A stretch of 63,939 nucleotides of DNA, filler included, from Craspedostauros australis (GCA_030167865.1; 5 parts of 5 records of this genome joined end to end with filler, not necessarily neighbours in it); one strand, 5' to 3'. Shown: positions 37,732 to 49,619, numbered from the whole stretch's first letter. The notes: generated by a model from the letters alone, not told the origin. Numbers and translations: made by a program.

Positions 37732-40027
37732 TGTTGGTGTGGATGCTGTGCTTGTCGCTATTGTCGTTTGTCGAATTGTTAAGATGGTTGTCTACGGCGA
37801 GCTTTGGGATTATGACAAGTTGATGTGAAGAATTCGGACACTGGCAGACATCACAGGATGAGTTGTGGGATACGTCAGATGTCATCTTCGCTGATGGCAA
37901 TGTCCATCACACCAACAGCGGGTCCGTATCGACTAAGTGCGCCAGAACGAAGAACGCCATAACACGCACAAGTGAACACGTGCGGACACATCCAAGCGCA
38001 ACAGCTGATGATGTGGAGGACTTTCCCGTCTTGTCGTGTTCTTTTCGCGGCGTTGATGTCTTCACGCTTATGCGCGAAAACCCGGTTGGACTGTTTTTTG
38101 TGTGACTTGTTTTGCTGAGATCAAAGCCCCTGTCATTGGACGAACTGACAATGACCAATTTTGTTATGTTCGCGCAATGGTTTGAGTTGGTTTTGGCTTC
38201 GGTCTTTGTTCGCAAAGCTAGTGATGACCAATCGCAATGACCTTCGGATACACAAGCTGATTTGTTTTTGTTCGTGGTCGTCGAAATTCGCGAAGGAAAA
38301 CGGGCAAGTGATAAAAAGACTTGAAGGGCCAAGTCAGGTACTACGATGAGCGCTGTTGTGGGTGGAAACTGTCGATTTCCAATTTACGTATCATTATTGA
38401 CAGAACTGTTTCCATGCTTGCAAACAAGTCTAAAAAGCTAACTAAACCATCCTTTCCTGTAGAAACTGCGCTGATTGGCTCTCCAGGTGTGGAATCGAGT
38501 CCAAACCGTCAGTTGACAACCAAGAACCTCCTCGATGGTACTTGACGGACCGAACATGTTGTGAAAAGCCAAGCAACGATGCTCTCTCCCCCTTCTTTCG
38601 ATGGAGATGCCTACACGGAAGATCCACCAAACAACAGGAGAAAGCCACAACACACGACGACCTATGGATGTCGGCTGAATAATCGAGGAGAGTGTGTACG
38701 AGCAAAATACAATACTCTATTTTATTGCTCTGGTGTGTGGAGTCTTCGTTTTGCTTTTGTTTGAGTTGCGCGCACGATCGCATAACTCTGCGACCGTAGT
38801 CGTACATGCAAGATCCAAAAGTTACTGGTTGGCAAATCTGATCCACATCCGCACGCATCGGTGTGGGATGGCGGAATGTTGTGGTCGTGGTTGCTGTTTG
38901 GTCATTGTTGGCATGCCTCTTTACGTGCGTGGATGATCTGACACATTGCAAAAGATGCTGATGTTGCCTTCTTCTGCCGATCCGTGCTCTGAACTCACAA
39001 GCGATCTAATCGTGTTCGTTGGATCCAACAGAGGAACTTGCGCACCCACAATCGCAAATGGAGAATATCAATCGGGAGTGACACCTTGAAGCTGGCACGT
39101 GAGATTTGCATGCGTGCAACACGTCTGGAGACGGCGAGTTGGACTCCAAAGATCTGTGGGCTCACGCTTGTCCTGATACGCGTGAACAATTATTGCTCAA
39201 CCTTTTTGCTCGCAATTGCCACGACGTGTCGATCTGTCTACCAAGCATCGTGGCCAGCCGAAGATTTCGAGACAGGAATTTATGAAGAACAACCATGACA
39301 AAGCGCACCCATGCGAAGAGAAAAGTGAGAACGCTGAGAAATCGGTCGTGTTGGTATGAAGTACGAGCGCGTGCTCTTTGATCGTACGGTACAAACGCAC
39401 AAGCACGAGCTTCAGGTCGTAGTTGATGCACCAACAATAACACTAGTTGTGGAGTTTCGGCCCCTAGATAAAGTTTGGGTAGTTTCACGCGGATCCCAGA
39501 AGTCCAAGCGAAGTGTTGTGTGAGTTTTGGGTCAAGCCCGCGGACTTACGCGATCGAAGTAGACGGACAAAAGTGTTCTGTGTTGGACTTGTGTTTTGTG
39601 ATGGATTCGTGTGATGTGGATTCTGCCTGTCTTGTTGTACAGGGGTTCAATGTTGCCACCTGGACCGACTTCAAGAAGAGGCCGTTTAGAGTCGGGGTTG
39701 ACAGGAAAATGTTGGCTGAAAGGAAGATGTGCTTGCTTTGTAGTGTGTTAAGGCTGTAGGCTTTTGGGCTATTGCTTTGTGCGTTTTATGACTACTTGAT
39801 GAGCATCTGAATGAAATGGGATGAGAATAAGCAGGGTGAATAGNGGTAATGTACGCGCTTATCGCGATGCAAGTTCCATCCAACTTTGTGATGTTCAGAT
39901 GATCAGATGAGCCAATTTGACGCGCTGTTTCGTACAATATGTTGCTAGCAAGTTCACCTTTGCACATGTGACAGAATGGGGGCGAACATACAGTGTGACA
40001 AGCGGCGATGAACACGCTTGTTCGCTG

Positions 40028-40127
40028 NNNNNNNNNNNNNNNNNNNNNNNNNNNNNNNNNNNNNNNNNNNNTTAATTAATTAANNNNNNNNNNNNNNNNN
40101 NNNNNNNNNNNNNNNNNNNNNNNNNNN
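40028..40127. other. Artificial contig-joining spacer
   Basis: 44 N + TTAATTAATTAA + 44 N. Confidence 0.95.
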
Positions 40128-40160
40128 GTACTCTACTCGTACGTTCGTGGCCGTAGTGAT

Positions 40161-43100
40161 CTACTCAGTCAGACTTCGAAGACGTAACACGCCAAGGGCG
40201 CATTCGATTGCGTAATGCGGATCCATCGATGAGGACGCCGCATCTTCGGCTGCTACCGATGGCGCTGCTGCCGCTGCTGGTGCGGCGACCGGCTCATCGC
40301 CATCGCTGTATTCCTGCCAAGCCATATCTCCCATCTCCTGCCTCGCCACTGCGTACAGATCCTTCATGATCGGCCGATGGAACTTGTACGCAATCGAAAA
40401 GTTCGTGTTCGGGCCGTTCTCGTGGTTTTTCTTGCTGCTGGCTGCCTTGGATGTATCGGTGCCAGTTCCGCTTGATTTGGGAAACGGGACGTGCTGCTTG
40501 TGCTCCTTCTCCACCAACCGCGACAAGGCGAGTGCACGCTTCAGAAGGATCTGGATCAGCTCTTCGTTGCGTTCGTTGCGTTCGTTGCTCGCGGTGTTGG
40601 GTGTTGGACGAGAACCATCAGGCGCCCCATGTTCTTGACTTGCGTTGCTGTCGCTGGAATCGCTTGTGACGGGAGCGGTGAGCCCCTCGCTCTTGCTTGA
40701 GTCGTGCATCGCCACTTGTGGAGTGGTAGGAGGCGGCGTCGATGACGGGCGGATCGATATCAGATACTTGGCGACCTTAAGGCAGAGCTCTGTCATGATG
40801 GAGTTCGGAGACCATCCCAGCCGTCCGTAGAGCCTGTCCAAGAATGGATCGATGCGCAGGCTTCCATTTGGGACAACAGCAGTCTCGTCGGCGGCGTCCT
40901 TGCCGTCGCCGTCGGCTCTGCTGTTCATCTTGATGATCAGGTATTCCAGGATGTCCGCTGCCCGGTCGTTCACTTCTTGCGGATCCGGAGATGAGAGATC
41001 CAACGCCATGAGGATGGGAAGGAACATCGGGCGGCACATCGACGTCATGAGCTTGTGGCTGGCAAAGTTGTCGACGACGCTTCTGGAGAACACATCGCGG
41101 ACCTGTGCGGCTGCGCCGTGCTTCTTGAGGATGGAAAGCACTGGATAAAGCAACTCGAATGTGTTGAGCACGTTTTTGGGGTCCATGTGAGGAAGAATGT
41201 CCTTGAGGACAATGTGACAGGCGGATATGCTGCCGTTCGTCTCTCCGATGGCATCCAACCACAGTGCCCGCTGCGAGTATGCCTGCGCTGCGCGGTCCGT
41301 TCCGTAGATCTTGCTGATCGCCGCCGAATGCTCCCTTGGATCGTAGATCACGGTCAGGCTCTTGAATGTATTCAGTGCCGAAATGTAGTCCCCGCGCCGA
41401 GCCATGGATTCGCACTGTGCCGCCAATGCGCGAGCGATGTGCACGGTGCTGCCATCTCGCTTCGCCTCCTTGACGAAACGCGAGACCATGTTCCACTCGA
41501 AGTTCCCTGTGGGATCTTGCACTAACGCCCCGGCCTTGAGGAAAACGAGGATCCCTGAGTAGATGGGCAGCACTATGGACAGGTCCATGATGCCCTTGCT
41601 GGAAGGGCACGTTTCGTGAAGATGCAACGCCTCCATCCAGCTCTTGGCTGCACGGATCTGCCCGTCCTTCTTGCCCTCGGATTTGAAGGTTCCCAGGTAA
41701 CGGCCGCGGCGAATGAGATCCTTGATGGACTTCACGAGCTTGTCTGTTTCCAGGGTCTTCACATCTGACAAGTCATACCCAGCGATCTTGATGGGAGGAG
41801 GGGCCGACTCGGGTTCCTTCAATGTGGCCATCATGTCCTCCACGATCTTTTCTCCCTTCATCGCCCATTCCTTGCGATTCTCAAGAGCGTAGATAAGGCA
41901 TTCGTCGGAACTCACGCCGAACACACCACATCGCTCCAGCTTTTGCGCCAGCGGGATAATGTAGTTGTCAAAGAACCACAGTTCACCCTTGTACCAACCC
42001 TCCGATGGATCGCGCTGCGCCCGTCCGTCTCTGTAGGCGTGGTACATTTCGCGGAACAGGCGTTCATTCCACTTCTTGTAGACGTTCCAATGCTGCATGG
42101 TGTGACTGACATCGGCTGCCTGGATGATGTGCTCCAGAACAATCGTGGCCTTGCGCGATGTATTCTTCGTATCTTTTTTGCTGCTGACATCAGACTGTTG
42201 CTTCTCCAACTGCTTGCCTTGCGACGACACAGATGTTGCCTGGTTGGCGTTGCTGCTGTTCGCGCTCACGACACTGTTCTGCGCATCATCCGAGGCTGTG
42301 GCCACAGTCACATTCGCATTCGCATTGGCATCGTTGCCACCATCTCCATTGCTTTCATCGGACGCAGGGAACACTCGATACCACCGTTCGTTTCGCAAGC
42401 TCTTCATTACTGGATTGAAGATATCCGTCGCCATGACCATGTTGACGACGTACTGTCGGAATCGCTTCAACTCCATCTGATTGCTGAAGATGCACCGTTG
42501 CAGCTGCGTGAATTCGGATTGCATCAACAGATCCCATGCAATGTCCACCGAGTTTTGTTCGGCCACGCTTTGGTTCTTGTATCGCTGACCCAAGGCTGGG
42601 TTTTCAATGGACATCTGCGCATTGGGAACACCGGGGTGATCCACATCGTGGATCAAACTGCAGAAGACGACGGCGAACTGCGCCAAGGCATCCGCCGCGA
42701 TGCCATGCGTCTGATGGTGCAAATTGCGCTGGTCCTTCAACTCGGTGCCGTCATCGACAGAATCGATGTCACCATTTGCATTTTGCCGCATGTGTTTGCC
42801 TTGCTGATGGCGTTTGGGGTTGACGATCCGCTTCAGCAGTTTGGTCGCCGATTGCGTGACATGGCTGCAGTGGTCGAAGTTGTGGAAGGGATTCTGACGA
42901 TACAGCATCGAGATGGCACGCACGAAATCGCGGACCTGGTCAATCACGGCGTCGCTCAGACGGATGGATTCCGGGTCGGTGCGAGTCCGGATGATGTTGT
43001 GTGCAGTCGGCATGAAGGTGAAGGTCTCCACGACTTCATCCAACACCATGTCCTTGGTTGGGAGACAGTGATCGGGGCGCCCGAGCGGCTGCAGGACCTC

Positions 43101-46100
43101 CAACGGGTGCGCACCAGAAGTTGACGATGTGGTCTCGTGGTTGTGCCGTGCGATCATGTAATCACGACGTTGCGCTTCGATCTTCTTGATGTACGATATC
43201 ATGATATCGGACAGCCAGTCAATCATTCTGGAATTCTTGGCCACGTTATGGAATGATTCCTGCGGCTGGCTGTAGCTGCGCGCGAACGTGGCGGCCTCGA
43301 TATCGCTGTGGGTGTGGTCGTCGGTCGAATGCAAGCTGGAGTCCGTCGTGGAGATCGACCCGGAGGAAACGGACATGGTGCCGCTGCTCTCGACGAACGA
43401 ATTCACGCTGCCGGAGCTGTCGGTTCGTCTCCTGGGCCTGCTGGCCTTCAGGTTGCCCCTGCCTGTGGATCCGGTGTTGCTGGAGACTGTGGCATCGCCG
43501 CTCGAGGTGCGCTGCTGTAAGGCCAGCCAGTACGTCTGCAAGTCTCCCTTCCCCTTCGCGTGCACGACGTCCGTACGTGGTTTGATCCAGACCGCCTTGC
43601 CGCCACCCTTGAGCAAGTTCGCCGTCGACTCTGAGATTTGGATGCGGTTGCTCAAGGAGGTGGACTCCATGCGTGCGGCGGTGTTGACGGTGTCGCCGAA
43701 GAGCTGGAATCGCGACTTGGCACCACGCAGCACGCCCGCCGTAACAGGACCGCTGTGCATTCCGATTCGCAATCGCAGCTCCCCAGTGTCGGGACCCAAG
43801 GAACTCTCCAACTGCTTCGTTTCCTGATGGACGTGCGTCATGCAATCCCTCGCAAACCGCGCCATGCGCACGGCATGGTCGGCCTGCGGATCTGGCAAAC
43901 CAGTGACGGCCATGTAGGAGTCGCCGACTGTTTCGACCTTGAAAACACGACGCCGCCGAGCGATGCGGTCCATGGATTGGAAGAGCGTTTCCAGCAAGAT
44001 GAAGACGTGCTCTGGTTCGCGTTCGGAACTCCAGGCTGAGAATCCCGTGACGTCGGCAAAGAGCACGGTGCAGGCGGGGAAGTAGTCGGCGATGGGTTGG
44101 ATCGAAAGGATCTCCATGATCTCCTGCTGTGACAGACCCGTGTTGCTGGCAGTGTTACCACCCTGGCTGGTGTGCGATGCCGCTGGGTCCGAAGAGCCCC
44201 TGCTGCGGTGATCCTCCAGACCGTCGTCATCGTTATCGTCGAGCATGAATTCGGTGGAGGGCACGTCTTGCAGGAAGTTCTTGAGTTGATCCTTGGGATG
44301 CAGGGATGTGTTGAGACCTTCGTTGTTGCCACGGTTGTTGCCCATGATGCTACCGCTTTTGACCCGCACGCCGTGATCCGAATCCAATGTGAGGTACTTC
44401 TTCTTCTTCTTGCGAGACGCCATGGAGTTGAGGCTGCCGCGGCGTTCCATCTTGTGATGCGTGGACTTGGAGAGCTCGTTGTGCATGGAGGACAGGGCCA
44501 TGGCACCACCTTGACCTGCCACCAGCTTGGCGTTCAGCTTGGGCTTGTGCAGTAGCCGCTTTCTGAATTGCTTGGGGAAGATCTGGTTGACGATGCGCTG
44601 GTCGGCCTTGGACTTCTTGAGTGCCCGCTTGAGGCGTTCCTGGACGTGAACGTCGTATTGCGAGGATGCGCCGATGAAGATGATGAAGAAGAGGAGGATG
44701 GATAAGGACGTCGTGTAGGGGACGTGGTCGACGTAGAAGCTCCGGAGATCGTCGGTGGGATAGACGGAGATGGAATAGGTGAAGAGCGACTGGCCGAACG
44801 GGAAGTGGACGTGGCGGTGGTGATTGCCATGGTTGTCCAAGATGTTGTACGTTCTTTGCAGATACTGGTAGGCTCGATCGTGCAAGTCATCGTAACCCAG
44901 GAAGGTTGTTTCCTCGCCCGAGATGAGGATGGAGACGGTGCTTGCGGTTTCGCCGGACGCGACGTTCATCGTTTCCAGGACCACCATGACTCTGTGCTTG
45001 GTGCTGGATGGCAGGACGTTCTTGAAGAGGAGTTCCCAGTAGATAATGGCACTCCAAACACCGACGATGTTCTGGGTCTTGTCATCCGGGTCGCTGCACT
45101 TTTTGTCTACATCAACGTCGTGGTCGTCGTGGTGGCTGTGCCCGTGAACTTCCTTTCCCGGATTGAAGTCTTCGAAGATGGGGTAGAAGAGCCAGCTGGA
45201 GGACTGTCCCTGGTAGACCGCATCCCCGCCGAACTTGGCCTGCAGAAGAGGCGTGTAGAATGCTGCCGCAACTCCGCCGTCGTCAGCATCGTACTGCTCA
45301 ACATCTCCAATGACGACTGCAGGCACGTTGCTTTCGAGCGTTTCGAGTGGCTGGCTGGAGGTGATCGCGAGAAGGTTGAAGTTGGTGTAGGGCGGGGTGA
45401 TGGGTGCCATCTGCCAGGTGGGATATAGGAACGATGATGAGGTTGTTGCGTTTGATTCTTGGTGTTGGTCTCCATGCTGATCTCCATGCTGGTCTCCATG
45501 CTGATCTCCATGCTGATCTCCATGCTGATCTCCATGCTGGTCTCCATGCTGGTCTCCATGCTGGTGCTGCAGAGACCGTCGGCTGCCGTGCATATCGCAC
45601 TTCGAGGTGTAGTTGATGCGGCGGTACGCAGGCTGCAGGGTTGCGTTCTCGACGCTGTAGACAAAGGGCGGAAAGAGAAGCGGATATATCTGATTCTCCT
45701 CATCGTAGGTCGGATAGTACTGGCGCGGGATCCAGTTCTGATGGTTCTGCACGGAGTAGGTGTTCCATTGCGCCGTGAGTTCCTCCTTGACCTTTGGATG
45801 AAAGCCGATGAAGATGGCGTCGCTGGAAAGGAGGGCGGCCGCGCCCGCCTTGTCAAAGTCCCAGTTCGTCACGAAGGGCCACGATGTGGAGTTGTTGGCT
45901 GTGTTGTAGATCCCCTGCGAGGTGCTGGCGACGCTGAGGTCGTGCATGGTGTTGAGGAATTGGTGGAACTTGTCCCGCGTCTCGTCACGCACCTGCAGGG
46001 CGATGGAATCGAAGGCGGATCCCAGGGAATTGATCTGTTGCGTCCGCATGATGAGGAGCACGATGATGGGGAAGATGATAGCCATGTAGACGACGATGGC

Positions 46101-47105
46101 GCTCATGAGCTGACGAAGGAGATGCGCTGCGAAGCCGTTGCGTTTGACGAAGCGTTTGGAGGAGGAGGAGGAGGAGGACAGGAAGCGCTTCCGCCTTCTG
46201 CGGCGTCTGCGGCCGCTATTCATGCTGCGCGTGGATGCGGGTGTGGATGCGGGTGCGGATGCGAATGCGGAGTGATCGGACTGGCCGCTGGCGAAGGAGG
46301 CGCCTTCGTAGAAGATGGAGGAATCGTGGCTGCCGCGCCTGCGGATCTTGTTGCCTTTGCCTGCGTTGCTGAAGTCCGCGATCCGATTCCGTCTGCGGGA
46401 CAAGCTCATGGGGCCGCCGGCGTCGTCGTCGTCGTCGTCGTCATCGTCGTCATCGTCGTCCTCGCTGTCGTTGGACCCACTGCTGTTTTCGTTCAAGGAG
46501 TAGAACTCGTCTTCGTAGGGGTCGCCGTCGTCAAAGTGAGCTTCGCTGTTGCGCTCATCCCTGTCGGACGCCACCGCGAACGAATCGCTGGCGTCACTCT
46601 CATCCACGCTGGTGTTGCCATTGCCATTGCCATTGCCATTGCCATTGCCATTGCCATTGTTGGTGTTCTTGTTGCTCTTGTTGCTCTTGGTGTTGTTGTT
46701 GGATGCAGGTGATCGCTTGGCCGCCCGCAGCGCACCCATGACCTCATCCCGACTGACTCCAGCCGCCGCTGCCCGGGATCGCGAAGCATTGGCGCGAGCA
46801 GCCCCAGCTGAGCTCGTCCTGGCGTTGATCTTAGCGTTGTTGTTGTTGTTGTTGTTGTTGGTGGTGTTGCCATCCATCTCCACGTCGCTGTCCGTCGACA
46901 GCAAGAACCTGCTCTGCCAGAAGGACGATCTGTGGTTGGTCTGCGCAGGTTTGCCATTGCTGCTGCCATTGCTGTTGCCGTTGGTTGCGATCCTGGAAGC
47001 ATCACCAGTCTCCTCGTCGATCATGTCGGGCCTCTGTTGGTCTTGAGGTGTCTTGCGTCTGTGATTCCTCATCAGCAGCGCTGTTCGCTCTTTGCGGAGG
47101 GACAT
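40161..47105 (-). CDS. Receptor-type class III nucleotide (likely guanylate) cyclase / class I phosphodiesterase fusion with a 2-TM sensor region and TPR-like tail
   Basis: TM1 (AIVVYMAIIFPIIVLLIM) and TM2 (SILLFFIIFIGA) flank a sensor region. Cyclase motifs VLFADVTGFS, FKVETVGDSY and RIGMHSGPVTAGV...LFGDTVNTAARMES. PDE motifs PFHNFDHCSHV, IHDVDHPGVPN and AADVSH. Confidence 0.93.
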   Translation of the reverse strand: MSLRKERTALLMRNHRRKTPQDQQRPDMIDEETGDASRIATNGNSNGSSNGKPAQTNHRSSFWQSRFLLSTDSDVEMDGNTTNNNNNNNNAKINARTSSAGAARANASRSRAAAAGVSRDEVMGALRAAKRSPASNNNTKSNKSNKNTNNGNGNGNGNGNGNGNTSVDESDASDSFAVASDRDERNSEAHFDDGDPYEDEFYSLNENSSGSNDSEDDDDDDDDDDDDDAGGPMSLSRRRNRIADFSNAGKGNKIRRRGSHDSSIFYEGASFASGQSDHSAFASAPASTPASTRSMNSGRRRRRRRKRFLSSSSSSSKRFVKRNGFAAHLLRQLMSAIVVYMAIIFPIIVLLIMRTQQINSLGSAFDSIALQVRDETRDKFHQFLNTMHDLSVASTSQGIYNTANNSTSWPFVTNWDFDKAGAAALLSSDAIFIGFHPKVKEELTAQWNTYSVQNHQNWIPRQYYPTYDEENQIYPLLFPPFVYSVENATLQPAYRRINYTSKCDMHGSRRSLQHQHGDQHGDQHGDQHGDQHGDQHGDQHGDQHGDQHQESNATTSSSFLYPTWQMAPITPPYTNFNLLAITSSQPLETLESNVPAVVIGDVEQYDADDGGVAAAFYTPLLQAKFGGDAVYQGQSSSWLFYPIFEDFNPGKEVHGHSHHDDHDVDVDKKCSDPDDKTQNIVGVWSAIIYWELLFKNVLPSSTKHRVMVVLETMNVASGETASTVSILISGEETTFLGYDDLHDRAYQYLQRTYNILDNHGNHHRHVHFPFGQSLFTYSISVYPTDDLRSFYVDHVPYTTSLSILLFFIIFIGASSQYDVHVQERLKRALKKSKADQRIVNQIFPKQFRKRLLHKPKLNAKLVAGQGGAMALSSMHNELSKSTHHKMERRGSLNSMASRKKKKKYLTLDSDHGVRVKSGSIMGNNRGNNEGLNTSLHPKDQLKNFLQDVPSTEFMLDDNDDDGLEDHRSRGSSDPAASHTSQGGNTASNTGLSQQEIMEILSIQPIADYFPACTVLFADVTGFSAWSSEREPEHVFILLETLFQSMDRIARRRRVFKVETVGDSYMAVTGLPDPQADHAVRMARFARDCMTHVHQETKQLESSLGPDTGELRLRIGMHSGPVTAGVLRGAKSRFQLFGDTVNTAARMESTSLSNRIQISESTANLLKGGGKAVWIKPRTDVVHAKGKGDLQTYWLALQQRTSSGDATVSSNTGSTGRGNLKASRPRRRTDSSGSVNSFVESSGTMSVSSGSISTTDSSLHSTDDHTHSDIEAATFARSYSQPQESFHNVAKNSRMIDWLSDIMISYIKKIEAQRRDYMIARHNHETTSSTSGAHPLEVLQPLGRPDHCLPTKDMVLDEVVETFTFMPTAHNIIRTRTDPESIRLSDAVIDQVRDFVRAISMLYRQNPFHNFDHCSHVTQSATKLLKRIVNPKRHQQGKHMRQNANGDIDSVDDGTELKDQRNLHHQTHGIAADALAQFAVVFCSLIHDVDHPGVPNAQMSIENPALGQRYKNQSVAEQNSVDIAWDLLMQSEFTQLQRCIFSNQMELKRFRQYVVNMVMATDIFNPVMKSLRNERWYRVFPASDESNGDGGNDANANANVTVATASDDAQNSVVSANSSNANQATSVSSQGKQLEKQQSDVSSKKDTKNTSRKATIVLEHIIQAADVSHTMQHWNVYKKWNERLFREMYHAYRDGRAQRDPSEGWYKGELWFFDNYIIPLAQKLERCGVFGVSSDECLIYALENRKEWAMKGEKIVEDMMATLKEPESAPPPIKIAGYDLSDVKTLETDKLVKSIKDLIRRGRYLGTFKSEGKKDGQIRAAKSWMEALHLHETCPSSKGIMDLSIVLPIYSGILVFLKAGALVQDPTGNFEWNMVSRFVKEAKRDGSTVHIARALAAQCESMARRGDYISALNTFKSLTVIYDPREHSAAISKIYGTDRAAQAYSQRALWLDAIGETNGSISACHIVLKDILPHMDPKNVLNTFELLYPVLSILKKHGAAAQVRDVFSRSVVDNFASHKLMTSMCRPMFLPILMALDLSSPDPQEVNDRAADILEYLIIKMNSRADGDGKDAADETAVVPNGSLRIDPFLDRLYGRLGWSPNSIMTELCLKVAKYLISIRPSSTPPPTTPQVAMHDSSKSEGLTAPVTSDSSDSNASQEHGAPDGSRPTPNTASNERNERNEELIQILLKRALALSRLVEKEHKQHVPFPKSSGTGTDTSKAASSKKNHENGPNTNFSIAYKFHRPIMKDLYAVARQEMGDMAWQEYSDGDEPVAAPAAAAAPSVAAEDAASSSMDPHYAIECALGVLRLRSLTE
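45468..45563 (-). repeat. Coding 12-bp tandem repeat x8 (QHGD)
   Basis: (G/A)TCTCCATGCTG x8 on the + strand, lying inside the sensor region of the cyclase-PDE gene. Confidence 0.92.
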
Positions 47106-49619
47106 GGCTTTGGTTTCAGCTTTGGCTCCAGCTTTAGCGTTCTCTCTGGGGAGACGGAGCGGGAGAGAGAGACAGACAGACAGACAGAAAGGAGCGCTGT
47201 TGCTCGATGCTCTCCGAGTATGACATTCACTGGGTGGCGATGGTGCTGTTGCTGTTGGTGGCGGTTCTCAATGTCAGCTTGGTTGAGGATTGAGACCTGA
47301 GCTGAGTGGAGTGGAATTGAATTGCACTCAATCGGCGATGTGCTAAATGCGACACAACACGACGTCTCGATGCAAGAAATCAGAGTGATGGTATGGATGC
47401 AGAGTTATGGCGCAGTCTGAGTGATGGACGACCCGCAACAGATGTGAACTAGTGCCACCCCCTTGTTTCGTCTTGTTTGGTTCCGTGAAGATGCGAAGAA
47501 GCTGCGTGAGAGCGATGCTTTGGAGACGCGCTAACAGCGCGTCTCCAAACCTCTTGCGCAAGGAGACAAAAGCCCCATCTACTTTACGCAGAGAGCTACC
47601 AATGCCTCTCTGTTGGCGCCATTCCTGTCGGCACATTGTGCGTCCATTTCCACCTCCTTCGAGCGGTGGGAGGATTTTGTTGTTTTCATCATTCCGATAC
47701 CCTTACGCGCACAACAGCGAACTTCGGCTTCCGCAACCACAATCGCCACCTTCATCCAGGGGCGCAAATGATCATCGGCGCTTTCATTTCAATCGTCGAC
47801 CTCTATGTCAAGAGTACGAATGGTCGCATTTGTACCTTCACAACCCTTGTGTTGGATATTGCGAAAACGTGTCACACAGAAGCGAATTAGCTGCACCAGT
47901 GTCACGACAAACTGCCACTATTTGGCAGAGATTGAAGTCTTCGACGATCATGCTCTGCTGCTCTATCACGCTTTGCGCAGCGAATGGGAACACTCCACGC
48001 AGCTCGCAGCTCGCACGTCGCCCACGACGAACGACGCAACAACCAGCCACACCCAATCATGGTTCGCGCAACAGAATGGGATTGGCAAGGGAGTCAACAA
48101 GTCCAACGCGCCGTGGAAAAAGCTCGCACACCCAACGCAGTTGCGCCACTCTCCCATGGTGACGACTGAAACGTGGCGCCATAGCGAATTCCACCCAAGA
48201 GTATGGCCACACGCATGGCAACTCGTGGAGTATTCTATGGCGAACCACACTCACGGATCGATTCGCCCAACGCGGACGAGTTGTTCTGCGGATGCGATCG
48301 TCGGTGTGGCCTCCACCAAAAGGAACGCGAAGAGATTGGAGCGTTGGTCGGTCGTGTGTTGTTCTCTCGCGCGGTCATGAAGTAACCGTGTCTCGACAAT
48401 GTTCTTTGGCAGCGTGTTCCTCGGTCATTGTGATCGCTTCTGCTTAGATTGAGTTGGGACAGACTTGTTACGGGACTGATACAGGACTCATCTGTCCACG
48501 TCGCGTACACGGTACCCGGTATCCGAAACCGATGCTGTGATGAAAGACTACCGCGCGCATGGTGTGTAGTTGAACCACAATCCACACTCTGCTTGCCCTC
48601 CAGCTCATGCACCTCTGCCACCTGTCCATCTAACCATCTTGCAGAACCTGTACGCATCTTGAAGCATATCCATGCCAATGGATCAGGTGCTGCTCTACGG
48701 ATGGCGTTCCTGGACAGCTGTGTGTGCAGGACCATCACGACATGTTGCTGTGCAACAAGAACGGCTGAAGCACGACAGCATGAACCCCTACCTTTTTAAT
48801 CGATCGTCCTATCAATATTCAGCTTAACACATAAAGCAAGCAATCAGAAACAATCTTCACAGCTTACTTCCGAATCTACTACAGATATATCATCGTCTGA
48901 TACAGCTTTGTTCTCAACATCAAACGGCGCCAAAGCCGGTTGAAGGTTAGACCATCCTCCTGACAACGTGCAAAAGGCACAGAATACCGACTGATTGTCA
49001 CATTATTCGTATGTGCTTCGGTATACTAAGTGTCTCATGTTATGTCTGTAGTACATCCGAAGCATGACGTGTTGGATGTGATAGAATGACGTCATCATCC
49101 TGCAAGCGCAGCATCTCTGGGATTCCACGATGTTCTCCAAACCGGGACATCGCGAACACTTGTCGAAATCTGCACTGTTTCTGGAGAACAAAGGATTCGT
49201 GGCACACACAGCGCGGGCAGCAGCGGAGTACCAGACCACACAACAGTTCGGACGCACTCTCTGCCACGACTTCAACAGAGACAAGGAGAGGAAGGAGACG
49301 GTCACTGTCGTCATCAACAACAACAACATCACCGACGCTCGCAGTCGTATGTGGAGAGGACCATTGGTCTTCGCGTACTTCACCATCATCTCCTGACCGT
49401 CATTGACGCGAGGAACATCAGCATCAGCAGCATCCATCGCTCGCACATACTCGTCCTTTCGTTTTCTCCTTTGCGCCGTCATTTGCGCAGTCATTGCAAA
49501 GCAGAGACTCGACTGGATCCTGCCATAATCTGCCGCAACTGCTCAGAAGTATAACACCAACATTCAAAATTCAAGCAATTCAAGCAATTCAACGGCATCA
49601 CGCCTAGCGAACCACCAAC

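Noticed and set aside
41943..46712. Long plus-strand ORFs (41943..43124, 45459..46712), and similarly 15909..16892, 50618..51532 and 60116..61177
   Set aside because: Antisense shadows of well-supported genes in GC3-rich coding DNA.
33889..47105. STAND ATPase and cyclase-PDE as a linked signalling module
   Set aside because: They lie on different segments, split by the 40028-40127 spacer.
47800..48400. Possible degenerate copia integrase (QQNGIG...VWPHA)
   Set aside because: Only two short motif resemblances, with no DDE spacing, reverse transcriptase or LTRs recognisable. A tBLASTn against diatom retroelements would settle it.
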